A stretch of DNA of 61,978 bases, counting the filler. It is 11 parts of 11 records of this genome, joined end to end, with 100 filler letters (N's around TTAATTAATTAA, not from the genome) between each part and the next. Parts side by side here need not be neighbours in the genome. Positions count along the whole stretch, not along the records: positions 43,248 to 48,991 come from SRR31147125_195731; positions 49,092 to 55,115 come from SRR31147125_197518; positions 55,216 to 61,978 come from SRR31147125_197956; 8 more parts are not named here. One strand, given 5' to 3'. A program made the translations under genes and the position numbers. Below are positions 46,276 through 56,263 of this stretch, in pieces (positions within the stretch are counted from its first letter, which is position 1; each line of letters begins with the position of its first letter). The notes under the pieces are model-generated. The model ran no database searches and was not told the origin of the DNA. It saw nothing but the letters and a program-made list of their open reading frames with translations.

Positions 46276-47085
46276 ATGAAACCTGACCAGCCGGTGAAAT
46301 CGGGTGAAACGGTGCGGGTTACTCCGGACATTCTCCATGAGGACAATCATCTGATCGTGGTGAATAAACCGGCGGGCATGTTGACCCAGGGCGATGCGAG
46401 TGGGCGGGTCCCGCTTCTTGAACATCTCAAGGGATATATCAAGAGACGTGACCACAAGCCCGGGAACGTGTTTCTCGGCATGGTTCAGCGCCTCGACCGG
46501 CAGGTATCGGGCGTGATCGTTTTCGCGAAAACGTCGAAAGGTGCGAAGCGGATCTCCGAGCAGATCAGGGAGCGGCGGGTCCTGAAATATTACATAGCGG
46601 TCACCGAAACCGGTGGCGAGGCTTCTGGCGGGGTAGGGGAGAGAGCCGGCTGGCGGGAGCTGCGCGATCATCTGAAGCGGAGTGGAAGCAGAACGGTAGT
46701 CTGCGGGAGCGACGATCCGGATGCACAGTTGGCAGTTTTGCAGATGAAGACCCTCTACTCAGACAGTGCCGGTGGAGTTCACCTCGTTCGCCTGATAACC
46801 GGGAGAAAACACCAGATCCGGGCGCAGCTGTCTGCATGCGGCACACCAATTTATGGTGACGGAAAATATGGATCAGTGAGCGGGACGACAGATCCCCGTA
46901 TCCTGCTCCACTCCTGCTTCGTCCGGCTCGAGCACCCGACACTGAAAAACGTTCTTGCGATTACCTGCCCGCCGCCGCCGGAGTTCTGGTCGCTGTTCAG
47001 TGACGGGCCGCAGCAGGAGATCAGTGCGAACCTGTCGGGGACTCTCGATCTGCTGGTCAGCGATCAGAGACCTGCTTCTTCGTGA
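46276..47085 (+). CDS. RluA-family RNA pseudouridine synthase
   Basis: VNKPAG, RLDRQVSG, TGRKHQIR and PIYGDGKYG. Confidence 0.92.
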   Translation: MKPDQPVKSGETVRVTPDILHEDNHLIVVNKPAGMLTQGDASGRVPLLEHLKGYIKRRDHKPGNVFLGMVQRLDRQVSGVIVFAKTSKGAKRISEQIRERRVLKYYIAVTETGGEASGGVGERAGWRELRDHLKRSGSRTVVCGSDDPDAQLAVLQMKTLYSDSAGGVHLVRLITGRKHQIRAQLSACGTPIYGDGKYGSVSGTTDPRILLHSCFVRLEHPTLKNVLAITCPPPPEFWSLFSDGPQQEISANLSGTLDLLVSDQRPASS

Positions 47086-48487
47086 CAACCGCATGCATCG
47101 TTTCCGCCAGAAGCGATTCCATCTGAACAGCGGCCTCCCGGTGTTTTTCAGATTCCGGGTTCGAGGCCGATTTAAAAAAAACATGGCAGTGTTTCAGCTG
47201 CGGGGCAGACCAGTTCCGCGTGTGGTTCTCCACAACAACATGTTCAGGCAGAATGGATTGCTCTGCATAGTCGCGCCGCCCGTGGGACCAGCCGGCCATG
47301 TGGTTGAAGAACTGAATACTCCGGTTGGTCAGGATGAACATCAGTGAAATCGATTCCGCCGGTCCGATGGTGATGCGGGGGCCGCTGAGCTTCACGCCCA
47401 GCAGCGAAGCTTCATAGTCCAGCCACTTCCCACTGGTCAGCGCGCCGAGAGCCCCGCCCGCCGCCCCGATGGCGGTGAACAGGCCGAGGCCGTGTCCCAG
47501 TGCGGCTACGTCTATGCCGGCACCGACCGCCCCGCCGCTCAGCCCGCCAAGCAGGACGAGCTGGTTTTTCGACAGGCCGAGCACCTGCCAGCTTCTTTCG
47601 CTGAAAATATCCTCGTTCAAGATTGAGTGGGGTAGCCGGTAGTCGAACCTGTTGTGTTTGAACAGCCCCCTGATCTGCTCGTGGGACCGTTTCTCGATTT
47701 GTGCTATCGCGTCGACGTAATCACCGATGAGCTTGTCGCGAATTTCTGTTTCCGGCTGATGCTGGCCGAGGTGTGCGCTCAGCTTCAGGTGCAGGGATTC
47801 CGACAGCGAGCTGACGATGATATGGGCTGTCGTGGCGATGCGGTTGTCCCAGTTGCGGGCTACGACGTCGATCACGTCGTCGAATACCCGCTGCCAGTCC
47901 TGGTCGATCGATTTGAGGGCCTCGAGCAGCGCCAGCCGTTCACGGTAATCGGCGTTGTGGGCATTGAACATTCGAATGGAGTTGAAGCGGGTGAGCAGTT
48001 CCTCTTTCCAGCGGGCGAGGTGCCGTTCTGCGTCCGTCTTGATGTTGATCACTGCCATCCGGGGCTTGCCGATCAGACGGAGCAACTCCATTTCATCCCG
48101 GTCGACATTGCGGACCGGGCGGGAGCCGTTGACCACATAGATGATCCCCGCACCGCGCGCAATCGGTGTGAGCAGTTCGCGGTCCTCTGCCAGATCGTTG
48201 CTCGTACCGGCGAAGGCCAGGAGCTGCTGCAGACGCTCCTCACTGCTGCCGGAAAACGTCTGCAACTGCGCGAGGAGCCGCCCCGGGTTCTGGAACCCCG
48301 GGGTGTCGGTGAACCTGAGTATCTCCCGGTTGTCGATGATTACCGGAAAGGTCCTGCACACGCTGGTTTCTCCGGGATAGGGGCTGATCCGGACCGAGTC
48401 GTCCTCGGCCAATGTCGAAAGGATTGAGGATTTCCCCTCGTTGGGGTGACCCATCACGGCGATTTCTGGGATTGTGGTTTTCATCAT
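47057..48487 (-). CDS. GTPase/DUF3482-domain protein
   Basis: G1 GHPNEGKSS, G3 DTPG, C-terminal Gly-rich hydrophobic hairpin. Confidence 0.8.
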   Translation of the reverse strand: MMKTTIPEIAVMGHPNEGKSSILSTLAEDDSVRISPYPGETSVCRTFPVIIDNREILRFTDTPGFQNPGRLLAQLQTFSGSSEERLQQLLAFAGTSNDLAEDRELLTPIARGAGIIYVVNGSRPVRNVDRDEMELLRLIGKPRMAVINIKTDAERHLARWKEELLTRFNSIRMFNAHNADYRERLALLEALKSIDQDWQRVFDDVIDVVARNWDNRIATTAHIIVSSLSESLHLKLSAHLGQHQPETEIRDKLIGDYVDAIAQIEKRSHEQIRGLFKHNRFDYRLPHSILNEDIFSERSWQVLGLSKNQLVLLGGLSGGAVGAGIDVAALGHGLGLFTAIGAAGGALGALTSGKWLDYEASLLGVKLSGPRITIGPAESISLMFILTNRSIQFFNHMAGWSHGRRDYAEQSILPEHVVVENHTRNWSAPQLKHCHVFFKSASNPESEKHREAAVQMESLLAETMHAVVTKKQVSDR

Positions 48488-48991
48488 CAGGATTCGATCA
48501 GGTCGAGATAGGGGTCGCCCAGTTCGGCTATTTTGCTCTGCCACGCAAAACGGTCTACCTTCGTTGGCGTTGTGAACCCCGTGCCGGCGGCGGACTGGCC
48601 GACCAGGATCAACCAGATCGGTACATCCGGCCCGAGAGCGGTGCGCAACTCTTTGAAAAACAACAGTGTTTCGCTGATGGGCGGCATCCAGGACTCCATG
48701 ACCGCCGCTATCCCGGTCCCCGGAGCCCAGTTGTGCGCTGCCAGCTGGGCGATTGTTTCACGGTCGTTATCGTGTCCGGCCATGAACGGATGCTGCTCTA
48801 CCACTTTGAACCCGCGACGCCCGACGTGGGCAAGGATTTCCTCAGAATGTACTTCTTCAGTCATTTCTTCGGGAATCAACAGGAGCGCAGGGCAACCGGA
48901 ACGATCCTGAGCAGCGCTCGCCCTGCCCTCAGCCACTTCACTGTACTCCGGGCGACCGTTTCCACTTGCTTTCGCCTGACTGGTAATCACC
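48487..48991 (-). CDS. DUF2868-like protein, C-terminal part
   Basis: ESWMPPISE..F..LR motif; TGATG coupling to the GTPase. Confidence 0.65.
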
Positions 48992-49091
48992 NNNNNNNNN
49001 NNNNNNNNNNNNNNNNNNNNNNNNNNNNNNNNNNNTTAATTAATTAANNNNNNNNNNNNNNNNNNNNNNNNNNNNNNNNNNNNNNNNNNNN

Positions 49092-49736
49092 GGGAAAAGT
49101 CGCCTGCTGGCCGACATTGAATGGGTCGCTCAGGGAGACACCCCGACAGGGCGTAAAATTCTCATCAACGGCCAGGTTCCTGACGCAAAATGGCGCTTTT
49201 CCACCGAGCACAAGCTGGTCGCCCAGCTGTCACAGAACATGAACTTTGTCATGGACCTGTCAGCAGAAGAGTTCGTTCGCATGCACGCGGAGAGCCGCCT
49301 GGTCACAGATCCGGATGAAAAAGTCAGGCAGATTCTGGAACAGGCGAATCAGCTGGCCGGAGAACAATTTGCTCCCGACACACCAGTAACCTCATTGAGC
49401 GGGGGACAGTCGCGCGCACTCATGATTGCCGACATGGCGATCCTGAGCAAATCTCCTATTGCTCTGATCGATGAGATCGAGAACGCGGGGATCGATCGCA
49501 AAAAAGCTCTTGAACTGCTGGTTCGTGAAGAAAAGATCATCCTCATGGCCACCCATGATCCGATTCTGGCCCTGATGGGAGACAGACGTCTGGTGATCAA
49601 GAATGGCGGCATTCACAAACTGATCGAATCGAGTGAGGAAGAGCGTAAAAATCTGAAGACACTGGAAGAACTGGACAACAGACTGCTCGAATTAAGAAAT
49701 CGTATTCGTTTTGGCGAAACCCTGGAAACCCTTTAA
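49092..49736 (+). CDS. ABC-type ATPase, 5' truncated
   Basis: GKS Walker A at the contig edge, LSGGQ, ALIDEIENAG and ATHD. Confidence 0.88.
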   Translation, partial: GKSRLLADIEWVAQGDTPTGRKILINGQVPDAKWRFSTEHKLVAQLSQNMNFVMDLSAEEFVRMHAESRLVTDPDEKVRQILEQANQLAGEQFAPDTPVTSLSGGQSRALMIADMAILSKSPIALIDEIENAGIDRKKALELLVREEKIILMATHDPILALMGDRRLVIKNGGIHKLIESSEEERKNLKTLEELDNRLLELRNRIRFGETLETL

Positions 49737-49749
49737 GGAGAAAAAAACA

Positions 49750-49992
49750 ATGCATGATGGATGCAGTGGGCGTTTTGAGAATGGTGGTATGATCGTTGAC
49801 AAGCTCAGACAGATGGGCTTCAGCGCTATGGCGATGCCGGCACCGATTGACTTAACCTGTGACAGCTGTGAGAGTACGTTTACCGCACAAACGATGGAGA
49901 GCCGTTGTGATAACTGCGGGATGGTCTACGGCGTGACTCCCTGTCATGCAGGCAATCCAGAGAGCATTCAGCCTGCCGGAATCGATTACTGA
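49750..49992 (+). CDS. Small Cys/His-rich putative metal-binding protein (80 aa)
   Basis: AAGGAG RBS; MHDGC...CDSC...CDNC...TPCH. Confidence 0.8.
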   Translation: MHDGCSGRFENGGMIVDKLRQMGFSAMAMPAPIDLTCDSCESTFTAQTMESRCDNCGMVYGVTPCHAGNPESIQPAGIDY

Positions 49993-49999
49993 AAACCGG

Positions 50000-50036
50000 G
50001 CTGACCGACATCGACTCAGTGTGTCGGTCAGCTTTT
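50000..50036 (+). terminator. Intrinsic terminator between convergent genes
   Basis: 11-bp stem GCTGACCGACA/TGTCGGTCAGC followed by TTTT. Confidence 0.65.
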
Positions 50037-50678
50037 ATCCCCTCTCGCTTGTTGAACGATATACTCCCACATCTGCTCTTTCTGGATAGCGTTGACCGCC
50101 TCAAACTTCATGCCGACAACGTGCTTGGCCCCCTTCTCCTTCTTGCCCTGCTGCACCCAGCAGATCGAGCCGTTGATATTGAACATCTCTTTGGCTCCCG
50201 GCAGTGAAAAGGAGAGCGCTATTTTACTCGCGACCCGAGGGAGAGGGTTCGAACAGGGCAGGTCTATACAGGCCCCTTCCATACTCAGATTCACAAAAGC
50301 GCCGAGGCATTTATTGCGATTATAGGCAATCTCCACCGGCATTGATCCTGAGAACTGACAACGGTAATTGTCGCGCGCGCCGGTCATCATGCCCTGAAGA
50401 ATCCCCAGGAACTGATTGATGCTCTGCTTGCTTTCTTTGGAAGCCAGAGTGTTCTCATGTAAAGAATTCCGCTCATCAATCACTTCGTCGAGCAGTTTCC
50501 GGTAACGGAAGAACCGCCTGAGCAGGTCTTCGCGATCAAAGGTGAAGCCGTTGGAAGACACCAGAACGTTCTTGACGGCAACATCGGTCCCGCAATGCTC
50601 GCAGGTAATCGACGACAACTCGACCAGAAGCTCCGACTCAATATATTTGTCGCATTTACTGCACTTCATAATCAGCAT
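50028..50678 (-). CDS. Zn-ribbon + PilZ domain protein
   Basis: CSKC/CEHC; RDNYR and NLSMEG c-di-GMP motifs. Confidence 0.8.
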   Translation of the reverse strand: MLIMKCSKCDKYIESELLVELSSITCEHCGTDVAVKNVLVSSNGFTFDREDLLRRFFRYRKLLDEVIDERNSLHENTLASKESKQSINQFLGILQGMMTGARDNYRCQFSGSMPVEIAYNRNKCLGAFVNLSMEGACIDLPCSNPLPRVASKIALSFSLPGAKEMFNINGSICWVQQGKKEKGAKHVVGMKFEAVNAIQKEQMWEYIVQQARGDKS

Positions 50679-50693
50679 AAGCAGATTCCTTCT

Positions 50694-51809
50694 CTAGCGA
50701 TCTTCAAAAATATCTTCATCCTGAAAACGCTCTTTGATGGAGAGTATTTCATCCAGATTCTCCAAAAACAGTTCCACCATGAGGGGCTCAAAATGCTTGC
50801 CCGACTCCTCTTTGAGCAGGCTGACGGATTTCTCGATCGACCAGGCCTGTTTGTAGGGACGCTCCGAGGTCAGAGCATCAAAAACGTCACTGATTGCTGC
50901 GATTCGACCGGCCAATGGAATAGAATCTCCGGCCAGGCCGTGAGGGTAACCGCTTCCGTCCCATTTTTCATGGTGATACAGAGCCGTCTCGCGTGCCAGT
51001 GCAATCAGCTTCGAGTCATGCGGCCCGATAATCCGCCATCCAATTTTCGGGTGTTGTCGCATCACAAGCCACTCTTCGTCGGTCAACTTCCCCGGTTTTA
51101 GCAGAATGCTGTCAGGGATACCGATTTTGCCGATATCGTGCATAGTGCTAGCGTAGAGCAACTGCTCCGAGTAATCGCGCCCGAGCCCCCTCTTCCGGGC
51201 CAACAGGCTGCAGGTGTGACTCATCCGGTTAACATGGGCACCGGTTTCATTGTCCCTTAACTCACCAGCCGCGCCCAATCTGAGGACGATCTCGTACTGG
51301 GTTTCCTGTATTTCTCGCGCCCGTTTCAGAACAGCCTCTTCAAGCAGATCTGCACGAAGCTCTTGGCGGGTATAGTAAAGTCGCGTTTCCAGAGTATTTT
51401 TGATCCGTAATACGACTTCCCAGTCTTCAAAAGGCTTGGTCAAAAAATCTTTGGCGCCGCATTCCAGGGCCTGCTGCCGTGTTTCCTGATCGGTCTGAGC
51501 CGTCAAAACAATGACCGGCAGGAAATCTTCACGAACAACGCTTCTGAGCTGCTGCAGTACTTCAATCCCAGACATTCCCGGCATACGGATATCGAGCAGG
51601 ATCAGGTCAAACCGATGCTCACGGTAAAGAGGCATCACCTGAAAAGGGTCTGTCGTCGTGTAGAGATTTTCAAAATCCTCTTCTTCCAGAACCGCCTCAA
51701 GCAGCGAGACGTTCGCCGGATTATCATCGACGATGAGAATCTTCGCGTCGTTGATATCAGCCATCATTGTATGCGTCACAAGTTCTGTTAAATCCAGATC
51801 GGCATCCAT
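50694..51809 (-). CDS. REC-HD-GYP response regulator (c-di-GMP phosphodiesterase, RpfG-like)
   Basis: ILIVDD, LLDIRMP, HDIGKIG and HHEKWDGSGYP. Confidence 0.93.
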   Translation of the reverse strand: MDADLDLTELVTHTMMADINDAKILIVDDNPANVSLLEAVLEEEDFENLYTTTDPFQVMPLYREHRFDLILLDIRMPGMSGIEVLQQLRSVVREDFLPVIVLTAQTDQETRQQALECGAKDFLTKPFEDWEVVLRIKNTLETRLYYTRQELRADLLEEAVLKRAREIQETQYEIVLRLGAAGELRDNETGAHVNRMSHTCSLLARKRGLGRDYSEQLLYASTMHDIGKIGIPDSILLKPGKLTDEEWLVMRQHPKIGWRIIGPHDSKLIALARETALYHHEKWDGSGYPHGLAGDSIPLAGRIAAISDVFDALTSERPYKQAWSIEKSVSLLKEESGKHFEPLMVELFLENLDEILSIKERFQDEDIFEDR

Positions 51810-54613
51810 TAAACAACCTCCAGGAGCTCATTCATTGTCGTCTGTAATAAATCGATATCGACCGGCTTTGACAGGTAACCGTTGAAGCCCTGCTTTTTAA
51901 CCCGATTGACTGTTTTTTCCATGGCATCCGCGCTGACGGCAATGACCGGAACAAATTCGGTGTCCGGATTTCCTTTGATGGCTCGGAATACCTGAAATCC
52001 ATCTTTCCCCGGCAATGCAAGGTCAAGCAGGACGAGGTCAGGCTTGTCAGCCAATGCCTTTTCAATACCCTCTTCACCCGTTAGAGCAATGGTCAATTCA
52101 TAATCCTGCAGATCATCAAAGACAGTCTGCATAAAGGAGATATTCGTCTGATTATCCTCGACATAGAGGACACTTTTCAGTGCCAAGGCTGATGTCTCTT
52201 CAACAGCATCGCTCTCTTCGATGACGATGCCTTGCTCCGCAACCGGTTCTTCCTGAGCGCTGACGGATACCGGCAGAGTGAACCAGAAGGTACTGCCAAC
52301 GCCAAGTTGGCTTTCGAAGCCGATATCGCCGCCCATCTTTTCAACCAGCTGGCGGCTGATTGTCATCCCGATACCGGTTCCTTCGACGTCGTCCGGAGTC
52401 TCAACCATCCGGGCAAAAGGCGTAAACATATCCTTCTGTTTTTCTTCGTCAATGCCGATCCCGTTATCCTCAACAACAAAGCGCAAAAACCCGGGAACCG
52501 TCTCGTCAACCCGTATCGAAACGCACCCTCCCGGATCATTATACTTCACCGCATTGGAGAGCAGGTTCAGCAGAATCTGCTTGACCCGGGTATAGTCGGC
52601 GCGCACCTTCGGCATTGATTCAGAGCTCTCATCCGTAACAACCATCTCTTTCTTCTGGGATAACGGCTGGATAAGAGAGAGACATTCCTGAATCACGGAT
52701 TTCGCCTCAATCGCACTGAGAGACAGGGTAAATTCGCCCGATTCAATTCTGGCCAGGTCAAGAACTTCATTGATCAATTGAAGCAGATGATTCCCCGCTG
52801 TTGCGATCTGCAGAACCATGCCCTGCTGTTTATCAGACAGCGGATGTTTCTTGCTCTTAAGCATCAGCTGCGAAAATCCATTAATGGCATTCAGCGGAGT
52901 TCTCAACTCGTGGCTCATGTTCGACAGGAAGTTGGATTTGGCTTTGTTGGCATTTTCAGCTTGCTCCCGAGCTCGCTTCAGCTCGGTAATATTCTCTTTA
53001 ACAGCCACAAAATTAGTGATTTCTCCGCTACGACTCTTGATCGGGATCACCAGAACATTCTCTTCGTAGAGTTCACCGTTCTTCTTCTTGTTAATGAACT
53101 CTCCTTGCCAGATACGACCGGAGGTAATCATATTCCACAACTGCGTATAAACAATGTCAGGCGTCTTGCCCGATTTTAAAACCCTCGGATTCTGCCCGAT
53201 CGCTTCTTCAACCGTATAACCAGTAACGTCCTCAAAAGCAGGATTGACGTATTCAATCAGGCCATTTGTGTCTGTAATCACGACGCTGCTCGGAGTCTGC
53301 TCAATGACCATCTTCAATTTCCTGGCCTCGTCCTCCGCTGCTTTACGTCCGGTAATATCACGTGAACAGAAAATATACCCATCATTGCTGTCGTCACCGC
53401 CCTTGAATTCCTGGACAAACGATTCCATGACGTGAGCATTTCCATCAACATCCATGACGCGATATTCAATCGGGGCAAAACCGCCGTGCATCTGACACAA
53501 ATCATGAATCGCTATGCTGCGGACATCTTCCGCCATGACAAAGTTGCGGATATCCCGACCAATGATGGTCTCTGGAATCAGCCCCAAAGTCCGTTTTGCC
53601 GACGGACTGGAATACTGAATAACTCCGTCCTGATCTACGATCGTGATAATGTCGGAAATATTCTCAATAATCTGACGGTAGTAGCGTTCGCTGTGTGTCA
53701 GTTTTAACTGAGCCTGCTTGCGTTGAAGAATCTGTTCTTCCAATGCAGCGGTTCTCTCAGCAACCGTTGCCTCAAGATTATCATTCAGAATCTGGAGATC
53801 CTGCTGAAACCTTTCCCGCTCCGACAAAATCCGTCGACTGGAACGAAAGACCAAACCTCCCGCAAAAAGGATGAGCAGTGTTGACAAGATGGTCGCCATT
53901 TTTTCCTGCAACCGATACGTCTCAACAAAATTCAGATGAGTCTTTCGGATCCTTTCCGCTTCCTGTTGCCCTTGAAAATATAAATGATTCGAATTTTCGA
54001 CAATACGCCCGAAAAAATCTTCAATGCCTTTATAGAAATGGTGAGTCTTGCGAACCATCATCGGTAGAGCAGCGGAGTCGCCTTGGTCGACATATTCAAT
54101 TTTTTTATGAACTAGAACTTTATAATCAGCAATGACATCTGTCAGTTCTGCCATTTGGGTGCGAAGTTCGAGTACCTGAAGGTTGATCCGCTCCCGACCA
54201 TAGTTTGTATAGGTCAAGACATTACTGATAATCTCTCGGTTACCAATAGTGACTGGAAATTTGTCTTCTAACGTTCCACCCTTCTCGATAATAAGCAGAA
54301 TCTCACTGATTTCAGTCTGCAGTCTTACCAGAATCCCCTCTAATCGATTAAGCTCTTTATAAGAATTGGCAGTTGCCAAGTCCTGCAAGCGAACATTGAT
54401 CCGAAGCAACCGATTTTGCAGCATCTGAGACAATTCAAGTCGGTTTTGTTCATTTTCCAGAAGATGTCCCAGATAGGTTTTCCTCTGTTCCAGAAATGAT
54501 TGCCCAATTTTTGATGCAGCAATGCTGGCAACGAACAAAAAGACCAGAACGACAATCTGGATCAATATGCTTCTACCCGCTCCTTTTGTCTGCATATCAG
54601 TCCTGGAATCCAT
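51809..54613 (-). CDS. Hybrid sensor kinase (2 TM, periplasmic helical domain, 2 PAS, HisKA, HATPase, REC)
   Basis: MSHELRTPLN, NLLSNAVKY, GTGIGM and C-terminal YVEDN/DLVLLD. Confidence 0.93.
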   Translation of the reverse strand: MDSRTDMQTKGAGRSILIQIVVLVFLFVASIAASKIGQSFLEQRKTYLGHLLENEQNRLELSQMLQNRLLRINVRLQDLATANSYKELNRLEGILVRLQTEISEILLIIEKGGTLEDKFPVTIGNREIISNVLTYTNYGRERINLQVLELRTQMAELTDVIADYKVLVHKKIEYVDQGDSAALPMMVRKTHHFYKGIEDFFGRIVENSNHLYFQGQQEAERIRKTHLNFVETYRLQEKMATILSTLLILFAGGLVFRSSRRILSERERFQQDLQILNDNLEATVAERTAALEEQILQRKQAQLKLTHSERYYRQIIENISDIITIVDQDGVIQYSSPSAKRTLGLIPETIIGRDIRNFVMAEDVRSIAIHDLCQMHGGFAPIEYRVMDVDGNAHVMESFVQEFKGGDDSNDGYIFCSRDITGRKAAEDEARKLKMVIEQTPSSVVITDTNGLIEYVNPAFEDVTGYTVEEAIGQNPRVLKSGKTPDIVYTQLWNMITSGRIWQGEFINKKKNGELYEENVLVIPIKSRSGEITNFVAVKENITELKRAREQAENANKAKSNFLSNMSHELRTPLNAINGFSQLMLKSKKHPLSDKQQGMVLQIATAGNHLLQLINEVLDLARIESGEFTLSLSAIEAKSVIQECLSLIQPLSQKKEMVVTDESSESMPKVRADYTRVKQILLNLLSNAVKYNDPGGCVSIRVDETVPGFLRFVVEDNGIGIDEEKQKDMFTPFARMVETPDDVEGTGIGMTISRQLVEKMGGDIGFESQLGVGSTFWFTLPVSVSAQEEPVAEQGIVIEESDAVEETSALALKSVLYVEDNQTNISFMQTVFDDLQDYELTIALTGEEGIEKALADKPDLVLLDLALPGKDGFQVFRAIKGNPDTEFVPVIAVSADAMEKTVNRVKKQGFNGYLSKPVDIDLLQTTMNELLEVV

Positions 54614-55115
54614 ATTTATTAAAGATCATCCGAGCCCTATCAGATGTCGCGAATGTTAAAAATTTTCGTGCCAGCTCAGGGTGCTCGCTGTATGATAACA
54701 ATCCCATAACCAGAGGCTTTTTTTCTACAAGAGCTCCAAGAGAAATGAAGTCCATTGCGTCCTTATTCTCTGACCAGTGCCCAATAGCTTTCCAATTAAC
54801 TACAATATCCGCCTCATTATCGATAATCGCTTTTTCCAAGCCTTTTGAATCTGTTGTCAAGTACAATGCATTATCAAGGACTTGTTGGTAGATTCCAGCT
54901 TTAGAAAGAATGTTTCTTGTCTCTTTACCAATGGCAGCCGCCTCTGAATTACCAATAACAATGTTCAAATCAGGATCCAGCAGAACAGACAGATCAGAGC
55001 CTATGCCCTGTGGATTGCCTGGCTGAACAAAGAAGCCGGCAACATTATACCCAAGGATAGCAGGGACCCTTACAAGCCCTTGTTCCTGTAACTGATCGAG
55101 ATAAGACCTGTTCCC
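54597..55115 (-). CDS. ModA-like periplasmic substrate-binding protein, 5' truncated
   Basis: VQPGNP, IVIGN..AAIGKET..IL and ARKFLTF..S..ARMIFNKYGF. Confidence 0.7.
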   Translation of the reverse strand, partial: GNRSYLDQLQEQGLVRVPAILGYNVAGFFVQPGNPQGIGSDLSVLLDPDLNIVIGNSEAAAIGKETRNILSKAGIYQQVLDNALYLTTDSKGLEKAIIDNEADIVVNWKAIGHWSENKDAMDFISLGALVEKKPLVMGLLSYSEHPELARKFLTFATSDRARMIFNKYGFQD

Positions 55116-55215
55116 NNNNNNNNNNNNNNNNNNNNNNNNNNNNNNNNNNNNNNNNNNNNTTAATTAATTAANNNNNNNNNNNNNNNNNNNNNNNNNNNNN
55201 NNNNNNNNNNNNNNN

Positions 55216-55376
55216 GGATAAGGACCTACAATTTTCCCCAGGGGCGCTGTACCGACCACCGGATCGGTTTGACCCTTTATCAACTCGAAAGCATCCTGGA
55301 AGGGGATATAGACGAAATTGTCGACCGGTTGAGCGCGCATTACCAGGCCGAGTCCCTTTCTCAGCAGGAGTCCTGA
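55216..55376 (+). CDS. prfA: Peptide chain release factor 1, C-terminus
   Basis: [16 protein letters not shown]. Confidence 0.92.
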
Positions 55377-55379
55377 CGG

Positions 55380-56240
55380 GTGAAAAAAAACTGGACCCTT
55401 CTGGAGGTCCTGCAATGGACCAGTGATTATTTCCAGAAGCAGGGAATTGAAAGCTCCAGGTTGGACGCGGAGCTGCTGCTGGGTGAAATTCTCAGTCTGG
55501 ACCGCGTGGGTCTTTATCTGAATTTTGATCGTCCGCTTCTGCCTGCGGAGCGGGAAAGCTATCGGGGACTGGTCTCCAGAAGGGCGGTAAGGGAGCCGCT
55601 CCAGTACATCCTGGGGCGCGCTGAATTCTGGTCGCTGCCATTTAATGTGAACCCGGCGGTGCTGATTCCTCGTCCGGAGACCGAAATTCTCGTTGAGGAA
55701 GGGGTTAAAAGAGCCGTCCCCGATTCCCGGGTGCTTGATCTGGGGACCGGCAGCGGCGCAATAGCCGTGGCCCTGGCTCATGAGCTTCCGGATATTCGAG
55801 TTACGGCCATGGATGTTTCTAGCGAAGCTCTGCGTGTGGCTGGGAAAAATGCCGAAATCAACGGTGTTGAAAGCCGTATTGACTTTATAAATGGAAGCTT
55901 TACCGACCCTTTGCCGGGGTGTTACGACCTCATTCTTGCCAATCCTCCCTATGTTACGGGTGAAGAGTATGAAGCTTGTATGCCTGAGGTTAAAAATTTT
56001 GAACCGAGGTTGGCCTTGTTGGGCGGGGAAGACGGTTTGGACTGTGTCCGCATGATAGTGAAAAATGCTCCCGCGGCACTTAAAAAAGAGGGTTGGCTGT
56101 TGTTGGAAGTGGGGATGACCCAGGCTGAAACCGTGAGGATGCTTCTGGAAGAGGAAGGTTTAATCGAGACCTTTAAACGTCAGGATTATGCCGGAATTTA
56201 CAGAATTGTCGGAGGAAGAAAGCCGACCTCCCATTCCTGA
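55380..56240 (+). CDS. prmC: Release factor glutamine methyltransferase
   Basis: LIPRPETE, DLGTGSG and NPPY. Confidence 0.95.
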   Translation: MKKNWTLLEVLQWTSDYFQKQGIESSRLDAELLLGEILSLDRVGLYLNFDRPLLPAERESYRGLVSRRAVREPLQYILGRAEFWSLPFNVNPAVLIPRPETEILVEEGVKRAVPDSRVLDLGTGSGAIAVALAHELPDIRVTAMDVSSEALRVAGKNAEINGVESRIDFINGSFTDPLPGCYDLILANPPYVTGEEYEACMPEVKNFEPRLALLGGEDGLDCVRMIVKNAPAALKKEGWLLLEVGMTQAETVRMLLEEEGLIETFKRQDYAGIYRIVGGRKPTSHS

Positions 56241-56263
56241 AATCATTTTTGTGAAGGACTGCT

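Noticed and set aside
5799-55215. Recurrent TTAATTAATTAA flanked by N runs, and apparent eukaryote-bacterium juxtaposition
   Set aside because: Artificial concatenation linker; adjacency across it has no biological meaning and is not evidence of HGT
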